Source: a virus
Reading direction: 5' to 3' (one strand)
Length of the DNA stretch: 64,000 nucleotides
Virus record (IMG/VR): IMGVR_UViG_3300027413_000002
The notes below the pieces were generated by a model that saw only the letters and a program-made list of their open reading frames with translations, searched no databases and was not told where the DNA came from. How positions within the stretch are numbered: position 1 is the first letter of the stretch; each line of letters starts with the position of its first letter. Shown piece after piece: positions 8,722 to 19,079 of the stretch. The translations under genes and the position numbers were made by a program.

Positions 8722-9421
8722 TCAGAAACCTTATAAAAAATTGGTATGGCGCGTCGATCAAACCGAACCTTGGGATTCCTGGATTCTTATGATGGAACTG
8801 ATGGTACAACTCACCGCTATATAATATTGAGAGGAGAGCATTGTTGACTGGTTTTTTATTTGGATGGCCAAGAAGATTCAAGGTGACTTGGAAAATATAT
8901 GCAACACCAATCGTTGCCGCCCAGAAACCACCCAGACCAGACGCGATCATTAAACCCCCAGAGAGGATTGCAATTTCCCAATACCATCTTGCCTGAAATC
9001 CATATAGTCTATCTCTTATCATCCATCTCGGTATTGATGTTACAGATGGTACACCATTGAATACCATAAAATTATCGAAAACACTATGTACGTTTCCATG
9101 TGGATCCTTTTCCGTGTCTGTAAATCTATGATGGTTTCTATGTACGGATGCCCATCCCATACTCGGTGTCAATACGAATGCGTTACATAAGAACAGACTG
9201 ACAATCTCTACAAACCTCGATGGTTGCCAAGACTTATGAGAACAGTATCGATGTTGAAACCCAGAAATAAGATATCCAACAAGAAGATTACTCGCGACCA
9301 ACCAAACCAACAACTCAAAGATAGGCAATGTCGGTATCCAAAAGACTGAATATAATGTGCACATAACGTAGAACGCTGTGTGCATATATCCTGTCTTGTT
9401 ACCGATTAGGGTTATTAGCAT
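8702..9421 (-). CDS. Membrane fatty-acid desaturase (delta-9-like)
   Basis: His boxes HRYCSH, HRNHH, HQFHH; DPH; hydrophobic segments. Confidence 0.88.
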   Translation of the reverse strand: MLITLIGNKTGYMHTAFYVMCTLYSVFWIPTLPIFELLVWLVASNLLVGYLISGFQHRYCSHKSWQPSRFVEIVSLFLCNAFVLTPSMGWASVHRNHHRFTDTEKDPHGNVHSVFDNFMVFNGVPSVTSIPRWMIRDRLYGFQARWYWEIAILSGGLMIASGLGGFWAATIGVAYIFQVTLNLLGHPNKKPVNNALLSILYSGELYHQFHHKNPGIPRFGLIDAPYQFFIRFLNVREDR

Positions 9422-10596
9422 TATACTTCCAGAACTAATGAGGACGATTTACCACCAAAGGCAAACGAATTCTTCACTGCAATTTTTTTAGTTAGTTTCT
9501 GTTTGTATTTATACACATATTCCAAATCACAATCATCGATGTTGAAATTTTTTGGTATGACGCCATTACACAAACACATCACACTATAGATTGTCTCGTT
9601 GATTCCACTCGCTGCAAGAGAGTGACCGATCTTAGACTTAAAACTCAACACAGGAGTTTCAGGAATGACTGCTTGTATTGCTGCATACTCTAGGTCATCG
9701 CCAATTGGTGTTGAAGTGCCATGTGCGTTTACGAATGCAACATCATCAAGATCAATACCATTTGTAACAGCAGACATCGATGCTTTCGCGCCAGTCATAC
9801 TTAAATCAGGAGAGGTGGGGCTACCGAGCGCACCATCTGTGTGGTGTGAGATGTTGTTTATGTAAGCGATTATTCCAGCACCACGTGCCTTTGCGTCAGA
9901 CTCTTTTTCTAGGACGAGACAACCAGCACCCTCACCCATAATGAATCCATCTCGGTTACTATCAAAGGGACTCGATTTTGTACCGAGAGCACCCAATTGA
10001 TTGAAGAGATACATATCATCGTCTACAGCAGGAGTATCTGTGCCGCCAACAATTACATACTTGTGAGTCTTTAGAAGGTGTGTTGCATAGTCGATCGAAT
10101 ATAACCCTGTTGCGCATGCTGCATCCATACTAACACAAGCACCGCGATAGTCAAAGGTTTGACTGATCAGTCCAGCTGTAAAATCATTTAGATATTGGAC
10201 AGCAGTTCTTGGTGACAGACGTTTACCATCACGCATCTTGTCAATGAATGGTCCAGCCTCAGTTTGTGGTTTGGCTGCAACCGAACTGAATACAACAGCT
10301 ACATCGGTGCTGTCCATACCTGCAGTCGCCTGTTGCACAACGTGGAGTGCATTCTTAGAAGCCACAGTAAGAGAATTGTGCATCGGTTTGCGGATGCCTT
10401 CTGGAATATTGTATTCGGGAACAGAAGTCTTAAAACACTTCAACCCTTTGAGAGATTCAATCTCTGTCTCAAACTCTACAGGATCGATATATTCTTCACT
10501 CAACATATTTTCGAAACATTCCATCGGACTTGTTCCGAGGTTGTCAACGATTCCCACACCTGTTATTACAATTCTATCATTCATTTCCATACTCAA
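9421..10596 (-). CDS. fabF: Beta-ketoacyl-ACP synthase (FabF/FabB-like)
   Basis: Catalytic Cys-His-His motifs AACATG, NAHGTST and KSKIGHS; also RDGFIMGEGAG and NSFAFGG. Confidence 0.92.
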   Translation of the reverse strand: MSMEMNDRIVITGVGIVDNLGTSPMECFENMLSEEYIDPVEFETEIESLKGLKCFKTSVPEYNIPEGIRKPMHNSLTVASKNALHVVQQATAGMDSTDVAVVFSSVAAKPQTEAGPFIDKMRDGKRLSPRTAVQYLNDFTAGLISQTFDYRGACVSMDAACATGLYSIDYATHLLKTHKYVIVGGTDTPAVDDDMYLFNQLGALGTKSSPFDSNRDGFIMGEGAGCLVLEKESDAKARGAGIIAYINNISHHTDGALGSPTSPDLSMTGAKASMSAVTNGIDLDDVAFVNAHGTSTPIGDDLEYAAIQAVIPETPVLSFKSKIGHSLAASGINETIYSVMCLCNGVIPKNFNIDDCDLEYVYKYKQKLTKKIAVKNSFAFGGKSSSLVLEV

Positions 10597-11380
10597 TCAT
10601 CATTGTCTTGATGTTATCTAACATTTTATTGTTTTTGATCGACTCCATAACCTGACCATCATCAGAGAAGTCATACATATACAGGAAATCCTCATCAGTC
10701 GAGGAGATCTCATGCACCTTCAGTAACTTTTTAACTTGAAGGAAATGTAAAAGATCCTCGGCAATGTCGAGGCTCTCATTGAATTTATAATTTGCCGCAG
10801 CACGGCTGTATAGAAGATACCGATTAAATGGCTCTCCATTGAAAGTCTGAGAACGAATAAACTCTTTGTATTTGAAGTAATAGTCTAGATCTTCCTTTTC
10901 CCAAGTCAGACCGTGGCGCATAATCTTGGGCAGTGTTTCAATATCGCTCAATGTGATCTTCTTACCGCTAGAGGATATTGCATATCCGTTAGTCAGGCAT
11001 GCAACATCAAACTCGTTGTTTTCGATCTCCTCATGTAATCGAGCAATACAAGTTTCAGAAATGTAATCATCTCCATCGATCTGAAGGAGATAATCAGCGT
11101 CAGTAGCGAGGAAGTATCTCAGGACAGAGTTCTTTCCCATTCCTGGAGTCCCGTTCGACTTTGTTTTTGTCACAGGGAATCTATGATCAAAAGAAATTTG
11201 GGTCGCCAGAGAAGAGTAGTCGGCATCAGTTGTATTAATAACGACGATCCGCTCATGAGGAGAGAGGTTTGAGTTCACGGATTCCAAACACCGCTTCAAC
11301 TTCTCTGGCTTCCCATTGGTCAGGATAGCGACCAAAACTTTAGCCATCTGAATGTTCCTTGTCGTGAACATACAGAGCAA
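10577..11380 (-). CDS. Glycosyltransferase family 2-like protein
   Basis: VAILT, RCLESV, SNGTPGMGKNS, IDGDD (DxD), ED; the true start may be MAKVLV. Confidence 0.8.
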   Translation of the reverse strand: MLCMFTTRNIQMAKVLVAILTNGKPEKLKRCLESVNSNLSPHERIVVINTTDADYSSLATQISFDHRFPVTKTKSNGTPGMGKNSVLRYFLATDADYLLQIDGDDYISETCIARLHEEIENNEFDVACLTNGYAISSSGKKITLSDIETLPKIMRHGLTWEKEDLDYYFKYKEFIRSQTFNGEPFNRYLLYSRAAANYKFNESLDIAEDLLHFLQVKKLLKVHEISSTDEDFLYMYDFSDDGQVMESIKNNKMLDNIKTMMIEYGNE

Positions 11381-11657
11381 TTAAACCATAATGCAAGACT
11401 TTCAGTAAGTCTTTGCGATTGTATCCATCTTTGTTTCCATAGCGTTGAGCATACTTCATAATGTTGCCGATGGTGAAACCCTCACCATGACCGCCATCAA
11501 TAATAAACTCAGTGGCTTGAAATTTGTTTTGCGAATAATGCTCGCCATACGTGGCATCAACATACTTCTGAAGGTCAGCCATCAACTGACCCTCATTGTA
11601 TTTGTAATCAATCAATCCATATTCCTCAGCAGTTATTTCCATAGACTCGGACATCAC
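11340..11657 (-). CDS. DUF3310/SaV-like conserved T4-like protein
   Basis: TYGEHY, GFTIGNIMKYAQRYGNKDG, DLLKVLHY. Confidence 0.8.
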   Translation of the reverse strand: MMSESMEITAEEYGLIDYKYNEGQLMADLQKYVDATYGEHYSQNKFQATEFIIDGGHGEGFTIGNIMKYAQRYGNKDGYNRKDLLKVLHYGLIALYVHDKEHSDG

Positions 11658-11660
11658 TTT

Positions 11661-12815
11661 CTACTTTCCAAATAATTCATCTAATTCATCTTGAGACGCA
11701 ACAACAGTCTCATCATCAGTCAGCGCACCAGCATCGACCTTGGTATACAGGTCAATGAATGCCGCACGAGTATCTTCATCGAAGCGATTCACGCACATCT
11801 CGATCGCTTTAAGGCGGTCATCGAACATAGCGTAGGCATTGACGATGTGCTCAATACGACGAGTTGATACGAGGTCATCGATCGCGCCTTCGTTAAAGGT
11901 CTTGCGGATAACGTCAGCCCAGCGAACCAGCTTCTCAGCGAAGTCCTCATCGACCTTACCGACACGCTGCATCTTGCCAAGCACGATACGCTTCTCTTGT
12001 GATTCAGTAGGAAACTGTTGCTCAATAGTGATAGCAAAACGCTCAAGGAATGCCTCATCAAGAATCTGGGCAGAGATAAACTTGCCATCATCAGAGCCAC
12101 GACCCTTGGTGTTAGCAGTAGCGACAACAGTGAAGCCAGCAGAAGGTGCGACCATCTCACCAGTCTTCTTGTTGAAGTATGGCTTACCCTCAAGGATAGC
12201 CTGCAGACACATCAGCTTGTTAGAGCCACGATCCAGTTCGTCTAGAATCAGAACCGAGCCACGCTTCATGGCGGTCAAAACTGGACCTTCACGATACACG
12301 ACATTGCCATCAACCAGCGTGTTACCACCGATCAAATCATCCTCGTCAGTCTCAACAGAGATATTGACGCGGATCGCTTCACGCTTTAGTTTAGCGCAAA
12401 TTTGCTCGATCATCGTGGTCTTACCATTACCTGATAGACCAGAGATGAAGGTAGGATAGAACAGACCAGACTTGATAATCTTGGTCAGGTCTTTGTGGAA
12501 GCCGAACGCCACATAGGTGGGGTCGACCACGGGGACGAGGTTATCAACCTCAACTGCAAGTTTGGCTTGCGTCACGACTTTTGCATCCTGTACTGGGGCA
12601 GGAGCGGTCACAGGAGCATTATTGCTCACAACAACCTTCAACCCTGCTGCATCTACAGCGTATTTATTGTATCCAACTTTGTTCTCGCGAAAGAACCAGT
12701 GGGGGTATGATATGCCGAGATCCTCAACGATCTGGGCAACTTCTGGACGACTGAATGTCTCTTGACTCTTGGCATTCAGGGCTTCAAATAGCTTCTCACG
12801 ATTCAACTTACTCAT
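11661..12815 (-). CDS. cobS: CobS/MoxR-like AAA+ ATPase
   Basis: GLSGNGKT, ETDEDDLIGG, LDELD, ATANTKG, DEAFLERF, STRR; start after a GAGAGGA SD. Confidence 0.92.
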   Translation of the reverse strand: MSKLNREKLFEALNAKSQETFSRPEVAQIVEDLGISYPHWFFRENKVGYNKYAVDAAGLKVVVSNNAPVTAPAPVQDAKVVTQAKLAVEVDNLVPVVDPTYVAFGFHKDLTKIIKSGLFYPTFISGLSGNGKTTMIEQICAKLKREAIRVNISVETDEDDLIGGNTLVDGNVVYREGPVLTAMKRGSVLILDELDRGSNKLMCLQAILEGKPYFNKKTGEMVAPSAGFTVVATANTKGRGSDDGKFISAQILDEAFLERFAITIEQQFPTESQEKRIVLGKMQRVGKVDEDFAEKLVRWADVIRKTFNEGAIDDLVSTRRIEHIVNAYAMFDDRLKAIEMCVNRFDEDTRAAFIDLYTKVDAGALTDDETVVASQDELDELFGK

Positions 12816-12847
12816 AACATAATCCTCTCTCATCAAGTTATATACAT

Positions 12848-12876
12848 ATTATCGCTCATTCGAGCACAAAAGTCAA
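12848..12876 (-). promoter_or_regulatory. sigma70-type promoter (TTGACT-N17-GATAAT) for the cobS-like gene
   Basis: Read directly. Confidence 0.7.
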
Positions 12877-15128
12877 GCGATTTTTTCAATAAATTTACCT
12901 AAAAATTTGCGCGAGGTAGTCTTTTTCTTCTGGAACTTCTTGAATCCACGAACCAGATCACCTTTCTTATCACCTTCTACCTCCAACTCAGACTCCTCTC
13001 CGAGGTCTTTAGAGCGAAGGATGAACGCTGTCGGGAAGCCATCCAGACCATCCATTTGGATGTATCCATCACTCAACCACTCTGTCTTCCAAGACTTCTC
13101 GAAGGCTTCTCCAGCATTCCAACCGTGCATATTTGTGTGGTATTGCCTGATTTGGTTCTTGCCTGCGTCACTCAGGAAGTAGTTTACAGTGCGAGACCCA
13201 GTGGTCTTGTCATAGTGAGCAATCAGCGTCTTACAGACCACATCGTTGAACCGCGAACTGTACAAGCGATCCGAGTGATTGCTCATGGTTGTCATACCGT
13301 TCTCACGGATAGCCACGCGATCACTGCCATAGACATATGAGCGACTCGGAGACGACTGATTCCCCATACCAAGATGTCCAGTATTACCGCCATCTGTCAA
13401 GAACAGAGTGTTCAGAACATCAATGCGGTTATTGTTGCGGAAGTCGATAGCGATATCGCGCATCAATAGGATAGTAGAGTCCAGCGGTGTACCACCAAGA
13501 CCAAGATGATTTGGTAGATCATACTGATTACAGTATGGCGCACCCGACTTGCGAGTCCTATAGTCAGAATATGCAGAGCCGACCATAAGCATCATCTGGT
13601 GTGCTTTCTTATACATCGTTGAAGACATACCAGAGTGAAGCAGACGATTGATGCTCAGGTCTGTATCGACCAACTGAAGATCGCCTTCCTTTTGATTGTC
13701 GATATGATGTCTAGCATTCGGATTACCGTAGTATCCACAAGTGAAAGAGTAGACCTCAAACGGGATACCAACCTTGCGGCAGAAGGCAACTTGAAGTAGC
13801 ATCTGCTCAATGGTGGCTTGCATCTTGTTGTACATAGAACCAGAGAAGTCAATGACCATCAACATACCATGGTTCTTGCCATCAGGAGTAACAGTGCTGG
13901 ACAGGAACACATCCTCAGTCAGCTTGGTTGCCCACAACTTGTTCATGTTCAAGTCACCAGTCTTGTGTTCACGAGACTTGGCAAGTTGGTTTGCTTTACG
14001 CTTGGCTTCGAACTGGGAGACCATAAGGTTCAGGAAGGGACGATTCTTCTTGTTAAAATTGTTTACAAGAGTCTTTCCGCACTCATCAAACCCAATCCGA
14101 TCAGCATCATCAAACCAGCTATGCTTCATGGTATCTGTAGAATAGAATTTATTGATGTCACGAAGATGTTTCTCAACACCATCGAGAGCATTCATATTCA
14201 CGAACTTTTTGTAGTCCAGCTTGGGGAAGTTTACCCACTGGATATCACCACGAGTATTCTGGTCGATCAACTTGCCTTCGTTGTTGCGGAAGTTTTGGTC
14301 AGTGACAGAGACTGGCTCATCAGCATAGTCATCTTCCATCGAGTCAAAGGATTGCTCATCATCTTCTACAGAGGATTCTGAGTCAGAAGAGTCAGACTCT
14401 TGCTCTTCATTAGACTCACCAGAGTCATCAGAGTCGTGGGTCTCACCCTCATCGCTCTCCTGATCATCTTGTGTCTCAGAGCCAGAAGTTTCAGAAGGTT
14501 CAAACCCATCTTCGTCTGACTCTTCATCTTGATCACCGTGGAAGGCATCAGAAAGATTCGTCTCTGTATCTTCTTCTTCTTTGGCATAGTCATACAATTC
14601 GTTGGAGACATCGACAACATCATCCCAAGTCTCACAGCGAGCAACACGGTCAACAAAGACCTGCTCTTCAGAGGTAAACTCGACATTGGCGAACATACCA
14701 ACTTTGTAGAACAGATTGATTCGATCGATCAGGGGATAATCATTGATGTTGTTATCACCGAGACCGAAGAAGTCCATCTCAAACAACTCGCGATATCCTT
14801 TGAAGAAACTCTTGGTGAGTCCAGGAAAACGCTTCTTGATGTCACGCTCGATACGGGCATCTTCAACAACATTAAGGAAGGACTTGAAGCCGCGACCCTT
14901 TGTCTCAATAGAATCGTGCCAACCCTCAAGTGGGGTATTCAGCGCATGGCTGACTTCGTGACCGATGAAGAGATCATACAGCTCATTGCTGATGTCAGAC
15001 TTCAAGATAGGAAGGACGACTTTGCGCTCTTTCAGGTCAAAATATGCGGTGGGGACTTTCTTATGCTCGAGAGTAATATTCTCAGTAGCGAGCAATTTAG
15101 CCAGTGTACTTTTACGTTCGATTTCCAT
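12873..15128 (-). CDS. CobT-like protein: N-terminal HExxH domain, acidic linker, VWA domain
   Basis: LAKLLATEN, HEVSH, NVVEDARIE, MIDAS motif DFSGS, GGTPL, LTDG. Confidence 0.85.
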   Translation of the reverse strand: MEIERKSTLAKLLATENITLEHKKVPTAYFDLKERKVVLPILKSDISNELYDLFIGHEVSHALNTPLEGWHDSIETKGRGFKSFLNVVEDARIERDIKKRFPGLTKSFFKGYRELFEMDFFGLGDNNINDYPLIDRINLFYKVGMFANVEFTSEEQVFVDRVARCETWDDVVDVSNELYDYAKEEEDTETNLSDAFHGDQDEESDEDGFEPSETSGSETQDDQESDEGETHDSDDSGESNEEQESDSSDSESSVEDDEQSFDSMEDDYADEPVSVTDQNFRNNEGKLIDQNTRGDIQWVNFPKLDYKKFVNMNALDGVEKHLRDINKFYSTDTMKHSWFDDADRIGFDECGKTLVNNFNKKNRPFLNLMVSQFEAKRKANQLAKSREHKTGDLNMNKLWATKLTEDVFLSSTVTPDGKNHGMLMVIDFSGSMYNKMQATIEQMLLQVAFCRKVGIPFEVYSFTCGYYGNPNARHHIDNQKEGDLQLVDTDLSINRLLHSGMSSTMYKKAHQMMLMVGSAYSDYRTRKSGAPYCNQYDLPNHLGLGGTPLDSTILLMRDIAIDFRNNNRIDVLNTLFLTDGGNTGHLGMGNQSSPSRSYVYGSDRVAIRENGMTTMSNHSDRLYSSRFNDVVCKTLIAHYDKTTGSRTVNYFLSDAGKNQIRQYHTNMHGWNAGEAFEKSWKTEWLSDGYIQMDGLDGFPTAFILRSKDLGEESELEVEGDKKGDLVRGFKKFQKKKTTSRKFLGKFIEKIA

Positions 15129-15152
15129 AACATCTCCTCAACTCTTACACCT

Positions 15153-15181
15153 ATTATCGTTCATATTGAGGTAAATGTCAA
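15153..15181 (-). promoter_or_regulatory. sigma70-type promoter (TTGACA-N17-GATAAT)
   Basis: Read directly upstream of the CobT-like gene. Confidence 0.72.
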
Positions 15182-15230
15182 GCGTTTTCTGCTATTTCAT
15201 TGAAAAAAGATTTCCTGTAAAATCAACAAC

Positions 15231-15611
15231 TTACTCAAATTTGTCAAAATATCTTGTGAGAGCCTTGATTTTTTCGATCTGTTTGTCGATAATCACAGCC
15301 CGATTTGGCCATCTGATGATGTCTTTCTCGGGATTCTTCTTTAGATTCAGGAGGAGGGGGAGGATTAGGTCTTCAACGTCTCTTAGCTTTACCGCCACAT
15401 CCTGCTCCACGAGAGCACGGTGTTCGTTAACAGCACCTGAGTTATCGGATGAAAGGATACGAGCATCAAGCTGCTCGAGTTTATCCATAATGGCGTCAAT
15501 CTGGTCAGAAGGGATCTCAGCCTGAACAGGTTGTTGTGTGGCGGTCGACACTTCTAGGTCGTCCTCGTCCACCATTGTGAACCCAAAATCATAATCGTCA
15601 GACATATTCAT
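15231..15611 (-). CDS. Conserved T4-like hypothetical protein
   Basis: DYDFGFT and LPLLLNLKKNPEKD.I.WPNR; late promoter at 15627-15634. Confidence 0.75.
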   Translation of the reverse strand: MNMSDDYDFGFTMVDEDDLEVSTATQQPVQAEIPSDQIDAIMDKLEQLDARILSSDNSGAVNEHRALVEQDVAVKLRDVEDLILPLLLNLKKNPEKDIIRWPNRAVIIDKQIEKIKALTRYFDKFE

Positions 15612-15634
15612 TGCTCCTCTTCTTTCTATTTATA

Positions 15635-15829
15635 TCAGGTGTTGTCGCCATCTGAATATTTCACTTTACTTTTATCATACAACTTGATGTGCTTACGGAG
15701 ACGTTTGTTATATCCACGTTTGATTTTCTTCGCCACACCTGATCTTGAGAGGTAGCAATAGAACCGTTTCGCGTCAGTCAGAGCGTCATACTCTGCACCG
15801 CCTTTCATTTTTATTCTTAACTTCTTCAT
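15635..15829 (-). CDS. Small basic hypothetical protein
   Basis: ATGA-coupled to def. Confidence 0.6.
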   Translation of the reverse strand: MKKLRIKMKGGAEYDALTDAKRFYCYLSRSGVAKKIKRGYNKRLRKHIKLYDKSKVKYSDGDNT

Positions 15830-16341
15830 ACAAGTGACCTTGCCTTTTTCCGAATGTTCTTAACTGTCTTCTTCTTGATTGATTTTATCGCACGATCAAG
15901 TTTCAGCTTCGAAGCACGCTGAGTAAAATTCTGTCCAATCATATGGTCGTATTCGTGTAGGACAACTCTTGCCGCGAGATCTACAAATTCCTCAACGACA
16001 TCTTCACCTTCTGTATTCTGATACTTCAATGTAACTCGAGTCGGACGACGAATCATAAGGAATACTTCTGGTAATGATAAACAACCTTCCTTCACTAAAT
16101 CAGTCTCCTCACCAACACCCATAATAACTGGGTTGATGATGTATCTTGTAATGTCCTTGCCATCACCAAACACAAATACTTTCGCGTCTAGACCAACTTG
16201 GTTTGCTGAAAGACCAATGCCTCCCAATTCCTGTTGCTTCTTAAACAACGCATCACAAAACTCTTTAGCATCATGCTCTTCAAAGTCAAACTCTTTTGGC
16301 TCGCGCTTCAAGAGTTCATTACCAAAATCTATTAATTCCAT
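15826..16341 (-). CDS. def: Peptide deformylase
   Basis: GIGLSANQ, EGCLS, HEYDH. Confidence 0.95.
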   Translation of the reverse strand: MELIDFGNELLKREPKEFDFEEHDAKEFCDALFKKQQELGGIGLSANQVGLDAKVFVFGDGKDITRYIINPVIMGVGEETDLVKEGCLSLPEVFLMIRRPTRVTLKYQNTEGEDVVEEFVDLAARVVLHEYDHMIGQNFTQRASKLKLDRAIKSIKKKTVKNIRKKARSLV

Positions 16342-18011
16342 TATACCATCACCGAATAGTTTTTTCTTTTCTCGAATTTTATCACGGATCTAAACTTATC
16401 AAACAACTGATCACCTTTGTGGCTGATCACGAATACGTTTGTGTCGTCTCCAATTGTATTTAGTAGAGTCATAACGTAATCCGTTCCGTTATTATCCAAC
16501 GAACTATCAAACACCTCATCGAGAATCAAAAGGTTGGTGCTTGCGCTGTTCTTCATCTTGGCTATAGTTCTCCAAGTAAACAACAGTGCCAAGTCGATAC
16601 GTTGTTTCTCGCCCTCGCTGAACGAGGCATATGAGAACTTGTCGCGACCACGAGACTTAATCGTCTCATTAAACTTCTCATCTAAATTAAAGTTCACAAA
16701 GAAGTCCATTGCTGCAAGATACTTATTTGCCAATGTATTAATAGCAGGAAGATACTGCTTGATGATTCTGGTCTTGATGCCAGTATCTTTCAGCAGTGCC
16801 GCCACAGCTTGCATATAATGCATCTGCTCATTCTTCTCTGAGCGTACACCATTTGCGGCAGTTACTTCTTTTGCGAGTTCTTTGAGTTTACTCTGCTCGG
16901 ACTCGATATCAGCCACTCTGCTTCTTGCATCGCCCAACTCCGCATGTAAGCGTTGAAGATATTTTTGATTAGTTGTAATCTCATTGTTCGCCTCAATTAT
17001 TTCAGACTGTAGATCTTGGTATTCAGTTATCAGACGATCCACTCGTTCGAATTCGTCTTGCATTTCTGAGGACGCTGTTTCGAGTTCTTTAATTTTGCCC
17101 ACTCTCTCACTTTGTATTTCTTCTTTATGCTCGTGGGGAATACCCTGCTTACAGGTTGGACAGTCGTCGTGCTTTTCATAGAATTCTAATTCTTTGTTTA
17201 TTTTTCTGACTTGGGAGATAAACTTTTCGTTGATGGCTTCGAGTCTTCTTCTTTTTGTGGGCGGGTCGCCCAGATTCTTCGCCTGCTCTGACTTAACTGC
17301 TGTGTCCGCTTTAATGTCCTCGATCTTGCCGTCCAACTCATTTATCTCTCCTTCGATTTCGCTGATTTTGTCAGCCTTATTATTTTCTAGAGTTTCGATG
17401 TATCGTTTCTGGATAGTGGCTTTTTGTTTTGCAACCTCTACCTTTGATTCGATATCTCTAATCTCTCCTTGGATACCTGTCAGCTGTTGTTTCAACAGCC
17501 CATTCATAGTCGTGAAGATCTGGATATCAAGGATATCTTCGATCACCTCGCGCCTAATATGTGCAGGGAGTTGCATAAATGGTGTGAACGAAGCACTCCC
17601 CAAAATAACAATCTGTGTAAACGACTTGTAGTTCAAATTCAGAATAGATTCTTCAAGATACTTTTGTGTATCCTTCAGAGCAGCATCCTGATCAATCATC
17701 GTGCCATCGCGGTGAACCTCGAAGAAGTTTGGTTTGACACCGCGCATAACTTTATACTGCGACTTCCCAACACGGAACTCGACTTCAACCAGCAACCCCT
17801 TTTGATTGATAGAGTTTACCAACTGCGGTTTATTTATATTTCTGAATGGTTTGTTAAACAATCCAAAGCATAAAGCATCAAGGAAGGTAGACTTACCTGC
17901 ACCATTATCACCCACAATAAGAGTGCTAGGAGAGCGAGTGAAGTTTACTTCAGTGAAGGCATTACCAGTCGACAGAAAATTCTTCCAGCGGAGTTTTTCA
18001 AAATAAATCAT
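16341..18011 (-). CDS. 46: Recombination endonuclease ATPase subunit gp46 (SbcC-like)
   Basis: GDNGAGKS, CPTC hook, FSEGEK, LILDEVFD, VISH. Confidence 0.97.
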   Translation of the reverse strand: MIYFEKLRWKNFLSTGNAFTEVNFTRSPSTLIVGDNGAGKSTFLDALCFGLFNKPFRNINKPQLVNSINQKGLLVEVEFRVGKSQYKVMRGVKPNFFEVHRDGTMIDQDAALKDTQKYLEESILNLNYKSFTQIVILGSASFTPFMQLPAHIRREVIEDILDIQIFTTMNGLLKQQLTGIQGEIRDIESKVEVAKQKATIQKRYIETLENNKADKISEIEGEINELDGKIEDIKADTAVKSEQAKNLGDPPTKRRRLEAINEKFISQVRKINKELEFYEKHDDCPTCKQGIPHEHKEEIQSERVGKIKELETASSEMQDEFERVDRLITEYQDLQSEIIEANNEITTNQKYLQRLHAELGDARSRVADIESEQSKLKELAKEVTAANGVRSEKNEQMHYMQAVAALLKDTGIKTRIIKQYLPAINTLANKYLAAMDFFVNFNLDEKFNETIKSRGRDKFSYASFSEGEKQRIDLALLFTWRTIAKMKNSASTNLLILDEVFDSSLDNNGTDYVMTLLNTIGDDTNVFVISHKGDQLFDKFRSVIKFEKRKNYSVMV

Positions 18012-19072
18012 TATAAATTTTTTGCTTCAACATATAGACCCTTAACTACGTCCTTGAGTTTCTTGCGGTCTAAGTCAGTGTGGATGTTGTCGATATAATC
18101 ATCGAGCAACGTGATAGTATCTTCAAGATTGAGATTGTCAGCATCAATAGCGTCATCCTCGAACTCCGAGAAGTCTTCAATGATTTTCATCTCAATCAAA
18201 TCGCAAGATTCGAGTTTATCTATAAAGGTATCAAATGCAGAAAAATCGCTCTTGTTTACAACAACTACTTTTACCGAGCCACCAATAACGCTATCATAAT
18301 CAACAGCGTCGAGACTTGATCGAGAATCATCGTCTGCGTCATTGTAATAGAATTTATGGAAGATGTTAAATGGGTTTTGAATAAACTCAAGTTCGTTTGT
18401 TCCTGTATCATAGATATGAAATCCTCTAGGGTCGTCATAATCGCTCCAAGTAATTTCATAAGGATTACCAAGATAAGTGATGTTACCATTACTGCTGCGG
18501 TGATGGAAATGACCAGAGCAGACAAGATCGAATTTATTAAATACTGCTGGATCCATGCCATGGTCATTCGCGTGACCTTTATACATCTGGAAACCAGAGA
18601 GTTCATAATGTCCGAAGCATACTTTAGCGTCTGTTTCATCTATTGCCTCCATCGTTTGCTTATAATTGTCAGAACAAATCCAAGGAGTGAATAGAATATC
18701 TCTGTTGTCAAAAGATAACTTTGTTACCTCTGGGTATATGGTGATGTTGTCATAGTCCTTCAATAACAACTCAGGGGAGTTTACCTCGTTGGTGTTCTTA
18801 AAGTAAGTGTCATGATTTCCAGGAATCATATGCATATCAATGCCAAGATCTCTGCACTTGTCAAAGAAATACTCTCGGCATTTTTTATATGTATTGAAGT
18901 TAATAAACTTGCGACGATCAAAAATATCGCCCAAGTGAATGATGGTCTTTATCTGCCGCTCTTCCAATTCAGGAAAAAACTTCTCTGTATAAAATTTCTC
19001 AAAGAAAGTGTCAAATGGAATAGAGTCAGACCGCGCACCGAAGTGCGTGTCAGTAATCAACGCAATTTTCAT
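18011..19072 (-). CDS. 47: Recombination endonuclease nuclease subunit gp47 (SbcD-like)
   Basis: DTHFG, LGDIFD, GNHD, SGHFH. Confidence 0.97.
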   Translation of the reverse strand: MKIALITDTHFGARSDSIPFDTFFEKFYTEKFFPELEERQIKTIIHLGDIFDRRKFINFNTYKKCREYFFDKCRDLGIDMHMIPGNHDTYFKNTNEVNSPELLLKDYDNITIYPEVTKLSFDNRDILFTPWICSDNYKQTMEAIDETDAKVCFGHYELSGFQMYKGHANDHGMDPAVFNKFDLVCSGHFHHRSSNGNITYLGNPYEITWSDYDDPRGFHIYDTGTNELEFIQNPFNIFHKFYYNDADDDSRSSLDAVDYDSVIGGSVKVVVVNKSDFSAFDTFIDKLESCDLIEMKIIEDFSEFEDDAIDADNLNLEDTITLLDDYIDNIHTDLDRKKLKDVVKGLYVEAKNL

Positions 19073-19079
19073 AAGTTAC

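Noticed and set aside
11789-15525. Many overlapping alternative ORFs within the cobS/cobT-like genes
   Set aside because: They are antisense or off-frame shadows in a relatively GC-rich region and have no motifs.
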